A stretch of DNA of 64,000 bases, from NCBI GenBank assembly GCA_051530055.1, contig CM121341.1, positions 18,826,784 to 18,890,783 on the forward strand, given 5' to 3'. This stretch comes from Neoechinorhynchus agilis. Taxonomy: Eukaryota; Animalia; Acanthocephala. The position numbers were made by a program, and so were the translations under genes. Below the pieces are notes generated by a model. It saw nothing but the letters and a program-made list of their open reading frames with translations. It did no database searches and was not told the DNA's origin. This document shows, piece by piece, positions 35,275-48,344 of this stretch; the first letter of the stretch is position 1, and every line of letters begins with the position of its first letter.

Positions 35275-38200
35275 GGAACACAAATGCGCACCAATGTTTT
35301 GGCGGAGGGTGGCAAACGGCCACCCACTTCCCTGAGAATTCCCGTACCTCCGGAGGTTCGGAGTAGTATTCTCAATGACATGAAGTGCGACAAACAGCCA
35401 TCAATCACTGATTCAGGATCGAATCCCACTTCTCAGTTCCTGTTGGAAGGGTCCCTTTCTGATGAAATCCCCCAACAGCTGACATCTTCATTCAAAACTC
35501 AACGCGAGTACTCCGGTCAAGAGATGGCCGTGACGCGCTCATTCCATAACGATGGAGTTAAACGAATTGATCGTATTACTTATTTCGGAGGTATTCTGAG
35601 AGTGTACCTAACGGACAGTATTTGGTTATCCAACTTGAAGGACTTTGTTAAATCCAAGCTTCCCAGGGATGTCTTCTCGGTGGAAGAGATTACTCAAAGG
35701 GTACAGTTCATGGCTAACGGTCTACAGCCCAATTTAGCTGCTGAAGACAAAGTAGAGTTCGAAAAACTTTTCAATGTGAAGATAAAATTTTTCCTCAACT
35801 CCAGAAGGTCTGGCACTCCTATCTCGATAGCGATGGTGGAAGGATCCAGGCAAGTTAGGGATGACCTCTGTAAAAAAATGCACTGTGCCTTTAATTGTTT
35901 TGCGATTCGATTTACACAAAAATCGGGAAGCCATCAAGATGACTATATTTTTCCTCACTGCAACCTTTGCCACAAATGGGGACACTGGGTTCAACATTGC
36001 CCCAATCCGGATTCCCCGAAATGTGTTCACTGTGCCGAGACAGGTCATTCTGCTCAAAATTGCCCAAACAAGTCAATCAAAAGATGTGTCAATTGCAATG
36101 GACAACACTCTGTATTTTACAAAGGATGTCCTGAATTCAAGAAGTATTGGAATTGGGCTCAAAACGGGCAGCCCTTTGCTAAAAAAAGCGATAGCGCCGG
36201 GTGGAGACCGGCTGTCGCAGCAAACTCGTTCGCAGTGCCTCTTCAAAAGATACAACGATCTTGAAGAGCTCGGACTCTAAAGACTCGCATCGCTTACCTC
36301 CATCGCAGTTGGTTACCACGGAAATTCTGGAGGAACGTTTAGAGGAGTCTTGTAACAAACTTCTAACGGTCATGCAGGCGCGCTTCACTGAGGCCATCGT
36401 GGCTTTTGAGAGGAAGCTGAGTACACTCATTGGGAACTTGGTCAATCTTCCTGATTTGATTTCATCGAGTTTACCTAGTCAACGTGGTGCAAAGCTAAAA
36501 AGAGCGAATGCGACGGAAAAAAACTCTCATTGGGCCAAGAAACTCAATGTCGATTCTAGTATAAACCACTCAGATATCGAGGACGTCGTCATGGAAGTCG
36601 AAGAAACCGACTCTGAATATGTTAACAGGATCATTAACACTCAATCCTCGCTCATTAACAACGGAACTGCGGCCCTAATATCAGATGAAGTCGCCAGAAT
36701 ATGATAACTCGAAGGCACAGGTAATGGTGGGGGATCTCCGGGTGCTGCAATGGAATTGTGGAGGGGCGGCCAATCTTACCAGGCTCGCTCGGTTCACACC
36801 AGGCGTTTCCATCATCCTACTGCAGGAAACGAAAAGTATTCACACTCTACACCAACTTTATAACTATCTACCTCATCTTAACTGTTCAATGTTCTCCTCT
36901 TTTATTACTGACCCATTCAGTCCCGCCTCACAAGGTCTTATTTCAATTTTTCATTCCTCCTTAAATCCCCAACTTATAGCCTCCTACACCTCACCGGAAA
37001 TGTCGTACTCACTTTTTAAATTTCTCTTTAATCGGAAGTACCTCTCGATTGTTAATTTGTACCTCAGACCGGGTTTTATTCATCGTCCATATATCAAAAA
37101 CAAAATCAAATGGCTTCTCAATGCCAATATCGACTTTGTTGTGGGGGATTTTAACGACCCATCTTTAAAATGGTCCAGATCCATTGTCAACGCAGTCAAA
37201 CCTCTTTACTCTCTAACCCTCCCGAATACTCCGTCTTTCCACAATCTCGTATTAAATACACACTCGTTCTTAGATCTGATAATCTTTAAGAGATATCTTA
37301 ACTTTTCAATTCAATTCGATCGTCAGGTGTCTCTCTTTGACCTCCTAGGGCATGATATCCTTATCTGGTCATTCGTTCCTATGAATGCACTCCGCAAATC
37401 ATATCACATTTCTCCACTCAACGTGGCCTTTTTCCGTCTAATCAGCCAAATCGCTCTATCTTCGAGCACCTTACAATCTAATCGGTCATCCATTTTACCG
37501 TCTGTCAATAACATCCTCAATTTGGTTGCTAATACCTTTCTGTTTCGAACGGTAAAGGTTTTCTCTCGTCCTTACGAAAGTCGCTCTCTTCGCTTTCTCG
37601 GACGCCAACTTTTTCTGGCCAAACGTTCTGGAGACGTACTTCTCACGAAAATCTTATCTAGTCATTATTTGGCAGCCCAATGTCGACAGAGGATGCAACA
37701 GAAAGCAAATCTTCTTAATAGCCTGAAACCCTTTTCCTCACATTGGTGGCACACTTTTCAAAGGAAGAGATATATACCATGGAAATCGAAAATCTCCGGC
37801 TGGTTAAAATCAACGTCTATAGACGATATTTTGGGAGCCATTTTTGCTTTTCATTCAGAGGGCTCTGTCAAGGATGCTTTACCCGTGACAATCTTTCGAC
37901 GGGTCATTGCCGGTCGTGTAGATATTTTATTAAGTGACATCCTAAAAGTATGGTCCGACAATCCGAAATTGGCATCCTCCAACTCAAGCTCAGGCACCAA
38001 AATCTTTACTTTACTTCCCCGGGACTGCATCCTATGGCTGGCCGAATTAATGCTGAACTGCTCCCCTTATGCTTGGAGAGAGATTAATGTGGCTCGGCGT
38101 ATTTTTCTTATTAAAAATGGGAAAAAGTCAGTCTCTCAGCCTAAGGATCTCCGCCCAATTTCCCTACAGAACCCCTTTGTTACCATTTACGAACGAGCCT

Positions 38201-39236
38201 CAGCACTTCGCTTGAGAGCCTTTATAACAGAAAATAGCTGCATATCGACTAATTGCCACGGTTTTCAAAAGGGGAAATCCGTACACTCTGCTTTAACCAA
38301 TATTTACGATAACTTCACTAACACCAATCTACCCTTGAAAGCCATAATGGCTGTTGATCTATCTCAAGCGTTCGACAAAATATCTTTGTCTTTTATTATG
38401 GAGATATTAGAATTTTTAGCGTCCCTCATAATTTGATCTCCCGAATTCACAATATTCTTTTTACCAAGTCCTTCTTTTACGAGGATGATGCTTCGAAATC
38501 AACCTATTACATGACCACGGGTGTCCCACAAGGTTCACCGCTTTCCCCGATCCTGTTTCTACTTGCTTCGCAGTATATAGTTAAAAATTTCAAAACCCGT
38601 AATGTTTCTATAACCTGTTATGCGGATGACTTAACTTTCGTATTCTCTGCGCACAGAGCTTTCAAACTCAAAAGTTTGATTGAGCAGTGCATCCACTACC
38701 TCAATGTAGTCTTACCTCGTATGAATTTATCCCTCAATCCCTCCAAATCGTTCTGTATCTTCAAGGTTCGCTCAGGTAAACTTCGAAGGGATCTCAAATC
38801 TTTTTTTAACAATCTAATGAACCCCTTGAATCAGAAGCGAGCGGATAATGCCAATACTCCACTAAAATTACGCATTCTTGGACATACGTTAACGGTCAAT
38901 CTGTCACCCAGAACCGATATCAATAAGTTGAAAAGGTTGCTAAAAGTGGGCAAAAAATGGCCAACTCGTTACAAGCGCAAGCTATTTGGAAAACCTGGTG
39001 TATCCCCGGCCTTGTCTTCTTTTCCAGAGGTCGCCCCCCCCCGAACATAAGGCCTCCTTTATAGACGCCTTCACCCAGCACCTAGATTCCCTCCCATTTT
39101 CCTGGGCCGGAGAGTTAAAGAAGTTCTGTGAACCCAGAATTGGGCGATGGACAACATGACAGGTATTCTCTCACCAAACCGTTAATCTGTTCGATAAATA
39201 AGTCACGATAGCGCTCTAAAACCATGATATTATATA
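35275..39236 (+). mobile_element. Full-length I/Jockey-like LINE (ORF1 with 3 zinc knuckles; ORF2 APE plus RT), with frameshifts
   Basis: TSD TTGTTACGGC at 35265-35274 and 39237-39246; ORF1 CNLCHKWGHWVQHC, CVHCAETGHSAQNC, CVNCNGQH; ORF2 LQWNCGG, LQET, GDFN, DLSQAFDKI, GVPQGSPLSP, YADD. Confidence 0.93.
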
Positions 39237-39465
39237 TTGTTACGGCTACTCAGTAAAGCGTATTGAACTTTTTCCCCTTACAGCGCTAGCAAGAACTATT
39301 AATGAGGAATTGATCACTCCGAAACGCCCAGATGAGTCAAGGATTACTGAGGTTGGTTTGTTTGATCTGCTATGGTGTAGGCGCACTTGTTATTACCGAC
39401 GTTTTGATTAATATTATTTTGGTGGTAATAATCCCGGTAATAACACATTTGATTTTGATTTATTA

Positions 39466-39498
39466 GAAATATTTCGCGAGGTGACCTCGCCTCATCAG
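39466..39498 (-). ncRNA. Hammerhead ribozyme (copy of 18232-18264)
   Basis: Minus strand atta CTGATGA gGCGAGGtcaCCTCGC GAAATATTTC taat; stem I (atta/taat) is intact in this copy. Confidence 0.85.
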
Positions 39499-40561
39499 TA
39501 ATCTAAAAATAATATGTTTTTCTTATTCAGGTTTTTGAGCTCGAGTGCGCGGGATCGCCAAACCGGAAGTTCGGGGAACAATTATCCGCTCGAACTCCCT
39601 GCGCGTACTACGTTTTTTCCATGATTTTAGGATTGACTTTTAGCACGTCGCTGGCTCGCAGTTTCAAGCTCAAATTAGCTTTATTTCCTTCCATTGTGTT
39701 GGACAAAGCGATGTGCATGGCCTCCAAGACAAGACGCCTTTTCAAGTTTTCATGAAATAAATAAAAATCCGACATAAATTTGTAACACTAAAACAATGAA
39801 CGAACCTACGTGTGAAGCTGGCAAAGTGCATAAAATCATTCGACCATCAAGCAAAAGCACGAAAATGTATCATTCAAAGATTTTATGCGTTGTTGGCATT
39901 ATTAGAGTTATTCTTGGAATTTCTCAATTGCCAATAAAATGCACTATCATTCCGAATATTTGTGTCGAGGAATAAAAATAAGTTCAAAATATTTCCGTAC
40001 TCAAATACGAGTTGCAAATATTTATTTGTTTTATGGTTAGCGCCATTAGATGTTGCCATATCAGTTTGTGGGTCAGGACGATAACTATTTTCGCATCGAG
40101 TAACATTCTGTGATTACCGCGGATCAAACAACGACCGCAACCTGACAATTTGCTAAAAATGATGTCGCTGGTGTCATTATTCATCTCATTGTACTTTTTA
40201 GCAATGATACTTAATGTGCCCAGGGCCCCAAATAAAAAAAATGAATGAAAATCCAAGAGATCAATAAAATTCGCCAAATGTGGCAATGAGCCTGGACATT
40301 TCACTCAGAAAGTGTGCAGCAATATGTTGCAATTATCTCTTCCAGCATAAATTTGTCTCTATTCCGATGCTTTGCATTTGACAGGCAATTTCAACAAACA
40401 TTACAAATGAGCAAAACTGCTTTATCCTCTCATTTCCGCACTCAAATACGAGTTGCAAATATTTATTTGTTTTATCCTTATCAGTTACAGACGCTATACA
40501 CTTTTACTGGTTTTGTAGCAACGTTCCGCCCACCCCATAATTTAATTTGAATCACAGTTGT

Positions 40562-41501
40562 TTCCGCACCGGAGATTCTTCACTGTCATCAGATTTATCA
40601 TTCTTTGCTGACAATGATTTTTCTGCTTCACCTGCTTCTTCTGCTTCTTGCATATCTGAGTCTCCATAAAGAATTTTCCAATCATAGTCGAAACGCTGCA
40701 GTTGTTCGACTTTCCTATTAGCACCGCTGTTTAAAAAAATCCTCCAATCATAATCGCGGCATTCCTTAGTAGCTTCGGACCAATCGGTATACTTATCTTC
40801 CTCTTCTTTTTTTTATTAGCTTTATCCATGAAATATGTGCCCGCCGGTGACTTCTGATATTAGATAAAGCGTCTGGTTCCGGTACACCTTCTGCCGTTAT
40901 TCGCCTTAGGTATCCAGCGTCATCTTCTTCTGGCTTCATCTCGGTTACTTGAATATATTTCCCGTCATATTCCTCGGACGAAGAAATCATATTTTCCCAA
41001 CTATCTTCAAATCTAATATTTTGGTCAATTTTGTTTTGATGAACTCGTACTGGCCGCATTTTTCCTTCTAAAGTTCCATCGGAATTGTTGTCAAAGTCTT
41101 TTGAACTGCAAGCGGTAGCGGTGGAAGATTCAGCGCTAACAACGTAGTCGCTATCACTTGATGGGATGGGTCGATTTGTTTGGTCATCAAAACTATCGAT
41201 TCCTGACCAGTCATCACTGGGGTCGCTGTGCAAATCTTCAATTGAGTTTTCATTTGCAATTTCTTCTTGGGCGTGGTCTAAAAAGATTATATTAGTTTTT
41301 AATTAAAGAATATTTTAAACTTACCTGTGGTATTCTGAATTTGTTCCGTGTTTTGAAAATTTTCGACCGGGGAGGTGTGGTCGGCGGAATTGTTTTCGGG
41401 TACAACCTCCGAATTTGACTTTTCAATTGTAACAGTACGACTTTTATCGCACACTCGAATGGTATAATCAAAATACATTTCGTCATTTAACTTTGAATTT
41501 G
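40562..41501 (-). pseudogene. Orphan palindrome gene, copy 3 (5'-truncated, frameshifted)
   Basis: First about 230 bp of exon 1 missing; frameshift in the poly-A Lys run at about 40805. Confidence 0.85.
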
Positions 41502-43065
41502 CTCTGGAAACGATTTTTTGTTTTTCGTGTATGATAGTTGCAGCCTCGGATCCCCCGGTCCATAATCCTTTTGGGATATCCCCTCATTTTTAGCTCATGT
41601 ACTATCCTCTCCCTTTCCCTAAATCGAGCAGAAAAAATAAGAAAAGCTCTTCGGACAAATTTGAGAGGATGGCTAGAGATCTCACGAGAAGCAGAAAAAC
41701 TAAATTTAACGGTTTTCTCGGGAATTTGTTGAACCGGTCGTTGATCAGTCCTCAATTTTACAACATGACGCGATCATCATCGGCAAAATGTGCGTTTCTC
41801 TATCTCCTCCCGAATATACACAAGCCCATCCTACAGTACCGTCCAACTATAGCCAGTTATATGTCTTTCAATCATAGATTATCCAAAAGGATCAATTCTT
41901 TATTACGAGTGATTTTAAGCACATCTTCCTTGCACATCAAAGATGGACCCACGTTTGCGATTGAGATGAGGAAAATCAACATTAAGCACTACAAAATGTT
42001 TACGGCCGATGTGAATGCTATGTTCACCAACGTCCCGTTGACTAAAACGATCGAATTATCGGCTATGTTACTATCGAAGATTTGTAGTGAACCACGTTTG
42101 GACCTTGGCACGTGGCAGTCCCTAATTCAATGGTGCACGAGCATGATTGCCTTTGAATTTGAGGGTGTTTTCTATGATCAAAAAGATGGTGTAGCCATGG
42201 GATCGCCATTAGCTCCGACCTTGGTTTACATCTACAGGCGCGATTGGGAATCCACTTTCTTGGTGCTGCATAGTCATGTAAATCGGTGGTGGCGTTATGT
42301 AGACGATGTATTCATTTTTACTGATTCAAACTATAACGGAGATTTACTAAATGCTGAACTGAACTGTCATGATCCACACATACAGTGGTCAGTCAAAGAA
42401 GAGAACATCAACGGTGAGGTCTCTTTCGAGGACGTCCTGGTCAAGCGGTCTGCACAAGGCAAACTTAGCACGCCACTTTATCGTAAGGAGAATCTACCAT
42501 GGGGACCACCACACTGGTCAAGTACCCAACCGATGACGTATAAAATCTCGGCTGTCATGTCCTATTTCCGAAGAGCTTTTCTTATTTCCTCTACTCTATT
42601 TGCATGGATTAGGGAAAGAGCGAGGATAGTACATGAGCTGAAAATGAGGGTATATCCCAAAAGGATTATGGACCGGGGAATCCGAGGCTGCAACTATCAT
42701 ACGCAAAACAACAAAAAATCGTTTCCAGAGCCTGCATGCTTCGATAGAGTGCAATTCGTTTATGATGACACGAATCAAATGATTTACTCCATTATAAGTA
42801 AGAAGACTGGAATTCGTATTTACAACACTAAAGGAATCGCTCTCAGAAGCACATTCAAGAGGAAGGGTAGAATTGAGCCGACTCATGGGATATATAGAAT
42901 TCAATGTGAACAGTGTGAGAAAGTATATATCGGAAAAACGATGCAAGGAATCGTAAGAGGGTCGCTCAACATAAACAAGCTTGCAGTCGATTTGAGCATT
43001 CGTAGACAATCTCTAATCATCAAGCGACATGCAAGCATCGAGCGGATTTTGGTAGCACCGACCAT
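41502..43065 (+). mobile_element. Penelope-like element (RT, thumb, start of GIY-YIG) with a 5' inverted segment
   Basis: ADVNAMFTNVP, GVAMGSPLAP, WWRYVDDVF, GIYRIQCEQCEKVYIG; 41502-41655 is the reverse complement of about 42575-42730. Confidence 0.92.
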
Positions 43066-43237
43066 TAATAACCTTCAATTCTTCCATATGAACAAAGGGA
43101 CCCAGAGAGTTCTCTTTAGAACTACACTCATTGCTAACTAACATCAACCGATAGGATACACCAGGCTTCGTTATCGCATTCCATACTTATATTAGAGCGA
43201 ATTTGAAATTTCCTAAAAATTGTAAATCTTCTTTTAG

Positions 43238-44430
43238 ATGAACAATCAAAGCTGTAATATTCCTCGTTTTCTAATACTTCCACGCGGAAACGATGTATTC
43301 ACTTACCGAGTCATCCTACATGAATCTCACAACCGATCGAACCGGATTTGTGGGGTCATCAGATTTCTTAGCGGATTTGAACTTGTGCCTGGAATTGATA
43401 GGCCGCTTTAATAATGCAATACTTAGCAGTGTTCTCTTCAAAAATGAGGTAAGCATAACTGGGGAATATATAGGGGATCTAATCTCAAATTCAAAGTTAA
43501 ATGACGAGATATATTTTGATTATATCATTCGTGTGTGCGATAAAAGTCGTACTGTTACAATTGAAAAGTCAAATTCGGAAGTTGTACCCGAAAACAATTC
43601 CGCCGACCACACCTCCCCGGTCGAAAATTTTCAAAACACGGAACAAATTCAGAATACCACAGGTAAGTTCAAAATATTCTTTAATTAAAAACTAATATAA
43701 TCCTTTCAGACCACGCCCAAGAAGAAATTGCAAATGAAAACTCATTTGAAGATTTGCACAGCGACCCCAGTGATGACTGGTCAGGAATCGATAGTTTTGA
43801 TGACCAAGCAAATCGACCCATCCCATCAAGTGATAGCGACTACGTTGTTAGCGCTGAATCTTCCACCGCTACCGCTTGCAGTTCAAAAGACTTTGACAAC
43901 AATTCCGATGGAACTTTAGAAGGAAAAATGCGGCCAGTACGAGTTCATCAAAACAAAATTGACCAAAATATTAAATTTGAAGATAGTTGGGAAAATATGA
44001 TTTCTTCGTCCGAGGAATATGACGGGAAATATATTCAAGTAACCGAGATGAAGCCAGAAGAAGAAGATGACGCTGGATACCTAAGGCGAATAACGGCAGA
44101 AGGTGTACCGGAACCAGACGCTTTTTCTAATATCAGAAGTCACCGGCGGGCACATATTTCATGGATAAAGCTAATGAAAAAAAAGAAGAGGAAGATAAGT
44201 ATACCGACTGGTCCGAAGCTACTAAGGAATGCCGCGATTATGATTGGAGGATTTTTTTAAACAGCGATGCTAATAGGAAAGTCGAACAACTGCAGCCTTT
44301 CGACTTTGATTGGAAAATTCTTTATGGAGACTCAGATATGCAAGAAGCAGATGAAGCAGAAAAATCATTGTCAGCAAAGAATGATAAATCTGATGACAGT
44401 GAAGAATCTCCGGTGCGGAAACAACTGTGA
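43238..44430 (+). pseudogene. Orphan palindrome gene, copy 4 (two frameshifts)
   Basis: 2-bp loss at about 43325 (gaatctcaca vs gaatctctcaca) and 1-bp loss at about 44185. Confidence 0.85.
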
Positions 44431-45084
44431 TTCAAATTAAATTATGGGGTGGGCGGAACGTTGCTACAAAACCAGTAAAAGTGTATAGCGTCTGTAACTG
44501 ATAACTATAAAACAAATAAATATTTGTAACTCGTATTTGAGTACGGAAATATTTTGAACTTATTTTTATTCCTCGACACAAATATTCGGAATGATAGTGC
44601 ATTTTATTGCCAATTGAGAAATTCCAAGAATAACTCTAATAATGCCAACAACGCATAAAATCTTTGAATGATACATTTTCGTGCTTTTGCTTGATGGTCG
44701 AATGACCTTATGCACGTTGCCAGCTTCACACGTAGGTTCGTTCATTGTTTTAGTGTTAAAAATTTATGTCGAATTTTTATTTCATTGTATCAAGCTATCT
44801 TAAAGTATAAATAATTATCTAAATTCGAAGAAGATTTGTCGATACCATGCGAATAAATGCAAAGATTATTAGGAACTAAAATATTTGTCAATACTGAATC
44901 GATCGAGGAACGTCATAAGTTCAGTGCGCAATCAATATTTATAATGTGCTTATTAATATTGCGGAAGGAAATATTTTGTCATTAAGACGTGTCGATTGTG
45001 GTTTTCGTATCACGAGTTAGAATCTAGTCTATTTATTTTTATTGACACTTCTTCGTTGGAAGTTAAACTTTCTTTTTGAGAGTT

Positions 45085-45804
45085 ACTTTACTCTTGAATT
45101 TGACATTCATCTTTTGCACCACTTGTTTGCCTTGATTTTTTCGGCAATTGATACACCTCGAGCTGCTTTATCTCAATAAGTTTATCCAATTCCTCCTTAG
45201 CTTTTGATTTGTTCATCGATGCAATTATATTTCGTTACTTCATTTCTGCTCTGAGCTTTTGAGAATCTACATGGACATCGTCTCTGGGATTCATACTGTT
45301 AACCTCACGTGAGCGCCTTTCATTGAAAATTTTAGGACAATTCTCTCGATTGCATTTGTATCTCGCATTGAGATGCATTGGTGCGAAACGCACACTGGGA
45401 GTATCGATAATAGGCATTTTAACATTTTCGAGAAACCATCATCGTCGTCCTTTATGCTTCTTTTCCTGCTTATTTCGTTCATTATTCAAGTTAGAATTAT
45501 GGCATTGCGGTCTTTCGACTATTTGTTGATGATTCATTTCAGAGACCGACGTAGTGCTTGTTGGAATTATTCGCGATTCCGCGAATTTAATATTGGCGTC
45601 CATATCTTCATTTCCAGCCGCGGGGGCTGAATTCAAATCATTTTCTTCATTCAATGACGACAAAACGCTTGCATTAAAAAGGTGGATATTTTGGATAACG
45701 GTTTCCAGACAATTTTCTTCCGTAAATGAATATGCTGTTTCACCCTCCTTGGATTCTGAAATATAAATAGCTGGATAATCTGGTATTTTTCCAAAAACGA
45801 GCAT
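45085..45804 (-). pseudogene. Single reading frame of about 240 codons with two in-frame stops, unknown product
   Basis: ORFs 45439-45804 and 45235-45417 share a frame, which continues as NIIASMNKSKAKEELDKLIEIK after a TAA. Confidence 0.4.
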
Positions 45805-45859
45805 TTCCGGATTTCATTTTTTCTAAAAATCTAATGAAATCCTAGGAAGAAGTTTCAGA

Positions 45860-48165
45860 TTCAAACGCCAGAAAATTCTGATAATTCGATGGTCAGGGAC
45901 TTTCGGGTGTTATAATGGAACTGGGGGCGACTAATCTTGCTAATCTAGCTCGCTTCTTACCAGGTGTTTCTATTATCTTTCCGCAGGAAACGAAAGGTAT
46001 TTATACCCTGGACCAACTATATAACTTTCTACCTCAGTTGAACTGTTTAGAGTTCACCTCTTTCATTAGTACTCCATTCACTCTTGCCTCACAAGGTCTT
46101 ATATCAATTTTTCACTCCTCGCTAACTCCCACTCTAATATCTTCTTTCACATCACCGGAAATGTCTTATGCCCTTTTCAAACTCTTAGTGAATCGGAAAT
46201 TTCTTACCTTTATTAATTTGTACATTATACCGGGTTTCATCCATCGAACATTCGTTCAAAACAGAGTCAAATGGCTTCTCAAAGCTAATATTGATTTTAT
46301 TGTGGGAGATTTTAACGATCCATCTTTGAAATAGTCCAGAGCCCTCATCGTTAACGCAGTTAAACCTTCTTACTCCTTAACTTTTACTACTACTCCCTCA
46401 TTTCATAATCTCGTTTCCACTATACAAGAAATATCTGAACTTTTTGATTCAATTCGACCGTTAGGTGTCTCTTTTTGACCTTTTAGGTCATGATATCTTT
46501 ATAAGGGCATTCGGTTACAACTTTGCACTCCGAAAAACTTCTCATATCTCTCCACTCAACGTTGCATTTTTCCGTTTAGTCAGCCAAAATCTGTTATCTT
46601 TAGCTACTTTCGGTAATAATCCGTCATACACCTTACCGTATATTAACGATGCCCTTAATTCGGTAGCTAATATTTTTTTATTTCGTACGGTGAGGATTTC
46701 TCTCTCGTCCATATGAAAGTCGCTCTCTTCGCTTTCTAGGACGCCAGCTCTTTCTGGCAAAACGTTCTGGAGATGCACTTCTCACCAAAACACTGTCCAG
46801 TCATCTATGGGTAGCTCGTTAACGGCAGCAGATTCAACAGAGAGCAGATCTGCTTGCTAATCTGAAATCCTTTTCTTCTAAATGGTGGTATACCCTTCAA
46901 AAAAAAGAGCAACTTACCCTGGAAATCTAAAATCACTGGCTGAATGAAAACTTCATCTTTAGATGATATTTTGAAATCTCTCTTTGAATTCCATTCTTCG
47001 GGTTCTCTCAAAGGCGTTATTCCCGCAATAATTTTTCGGGGGAAATTCGTATACCGGGTAGATTTGACACGGTAGGATATTCTTGAGGTTTCGTCAAGCA
47101 ATCCGAAATTCGCATCGTCAAACTCCAGCTCTGGCACCTAAATTTCTAATCTACTCCCGCATCACTGCATCGTTCAATTTGCCAGATTAATGCTTAATTG
47201 CTCTACTTATGATTGGCGAGAGATTAACGTGGCGAGGCGTATTTTTCTTATCAAAAAAGGTAAAAAGTCAATCGCGCAGCCAAATGACCTTCGCCCAATT
47301 TCTTTACAGAATCCCTTTGTCACCATTTACGAAAAAGCCCTAACGCTTCGTTTGAGATCTTTTGCAACTGAGTTTAACTGTATATCGGCTAATTGCCACG
47401 GGTTTCAAAAGGGAAAATCAGTTCACTCTGCGCTAGCTGATATCTACGCGACTTTTTCAAACTCCACTCTACCTATGAGAGCCATTCTTGCGGTTGACCT
47501 ATCGTAGGCATTTGATAAGATCTCCCTGTCTTTTATAATCCAAATCTTGGAGTTCTTCGGCGTTCCTTACAATTTGATCTCCCGAATTTACAATATTCTT
47601 TTTGCCAAGTCTTTTTATTATGAGGATGATGATTCGAAATCACTTTTTTACCCGATCAATGGTGTCCCACAAGGAACACCACTTTCCCCGATCCTGTTTT
47701 TATTAGCATCGCAATATATCGTTAAGAATTTCAAAATTCGCGCTTTGCTCACCTGTTACGCGGATGACTTAACTTTTGCCATTTCTGCCAACAGATCTGC
47801 CAAACTCAAATGTCTAATTAAGCAATGCATCGACTACCTCAACACAATTTTACCACGTATGCATTTGTCCCTTAATCTATCCAAATCAATGTGCATTTTC
47901 AAGATCCGTTCATCTCGACTTTGGAAAGATCTTGAATCCCTTTTTAATAATCTGATGAACCCTTTGAAGGATACGAGAACGAACAACGTCAACCGGCCTG
48001 TTAATTTACATATTCTAGGGCACACGTCTACAGTTAATCTGTCCCCCAAAACTGATATTAATAAGATGAAAAACTTCTCAAATTAAGCAAAAATGGCTAA
48101 ACGAGCGTTGAAACTAGGTTTAAATTCATCGAAAAGCTCAAGCTACCTGGAAAACTTGGGGTATT
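45860..48165 (+). mobile_element. Decayed ORF2 of a LINE subfamily related to 35275-39236
   Basis: Collinear APE/RT translation (FPQETKG, GDFNDP, LRPISLQNPF, GVPQGTPLSP, YADD) with many stops and frameshifts. Confidence 0.9.
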
Positions 48166-48344
48166 CCCGTTGCAAGTCCGCGAGGTTTTAGTGATATGAA
48201 ATGTCATAAAATTTGCAGAAATTGCATTGGTTTAATTTAGGATTATTTAAATTCGAAGTGCGGCTATTTACCGACAGGTTAATAAAAACATTTTGCAGTT
48301 AAGTAACTGAACTTTTTCGTACACAATTAGAATAGTTGAGGCGT

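Larger units (their letters stand above)
33573..39751 (-). repeat. Right arm of large inverted repeat, split by a LINE insertion
   Basis: 33573-35274 plus 39247-39751 rebuild the reverse complement of 17979-20182 once the LINE and one TSD copy are removed. Confidence 0.9.
39752..44800. repeat. Palindrome 2 (paired arms about 39752-41501 and 43487-44800), centre replaced by a PLE
   Basis: Arms are reverse complements; the right arm lacks about 440 bp between two internal direct repeats (ataaaacaaataaatatttg..). Confidence 0.88.

Noticed and set aside
36175-36264. Programmed -1 frameshift in LINE ORF1 at the A7 run
   Set aside because: The -1 frame has a stop just after the run (TAG 36192-36194) and no canonical slippery heptamer; more likely a mutation.
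41597-43141. 514-aa ORF as an intact PLE protein
   Set aside because: It starts in the inverted segment, frameshifts within GIY-YIG and ends in palindrome flank sequence.
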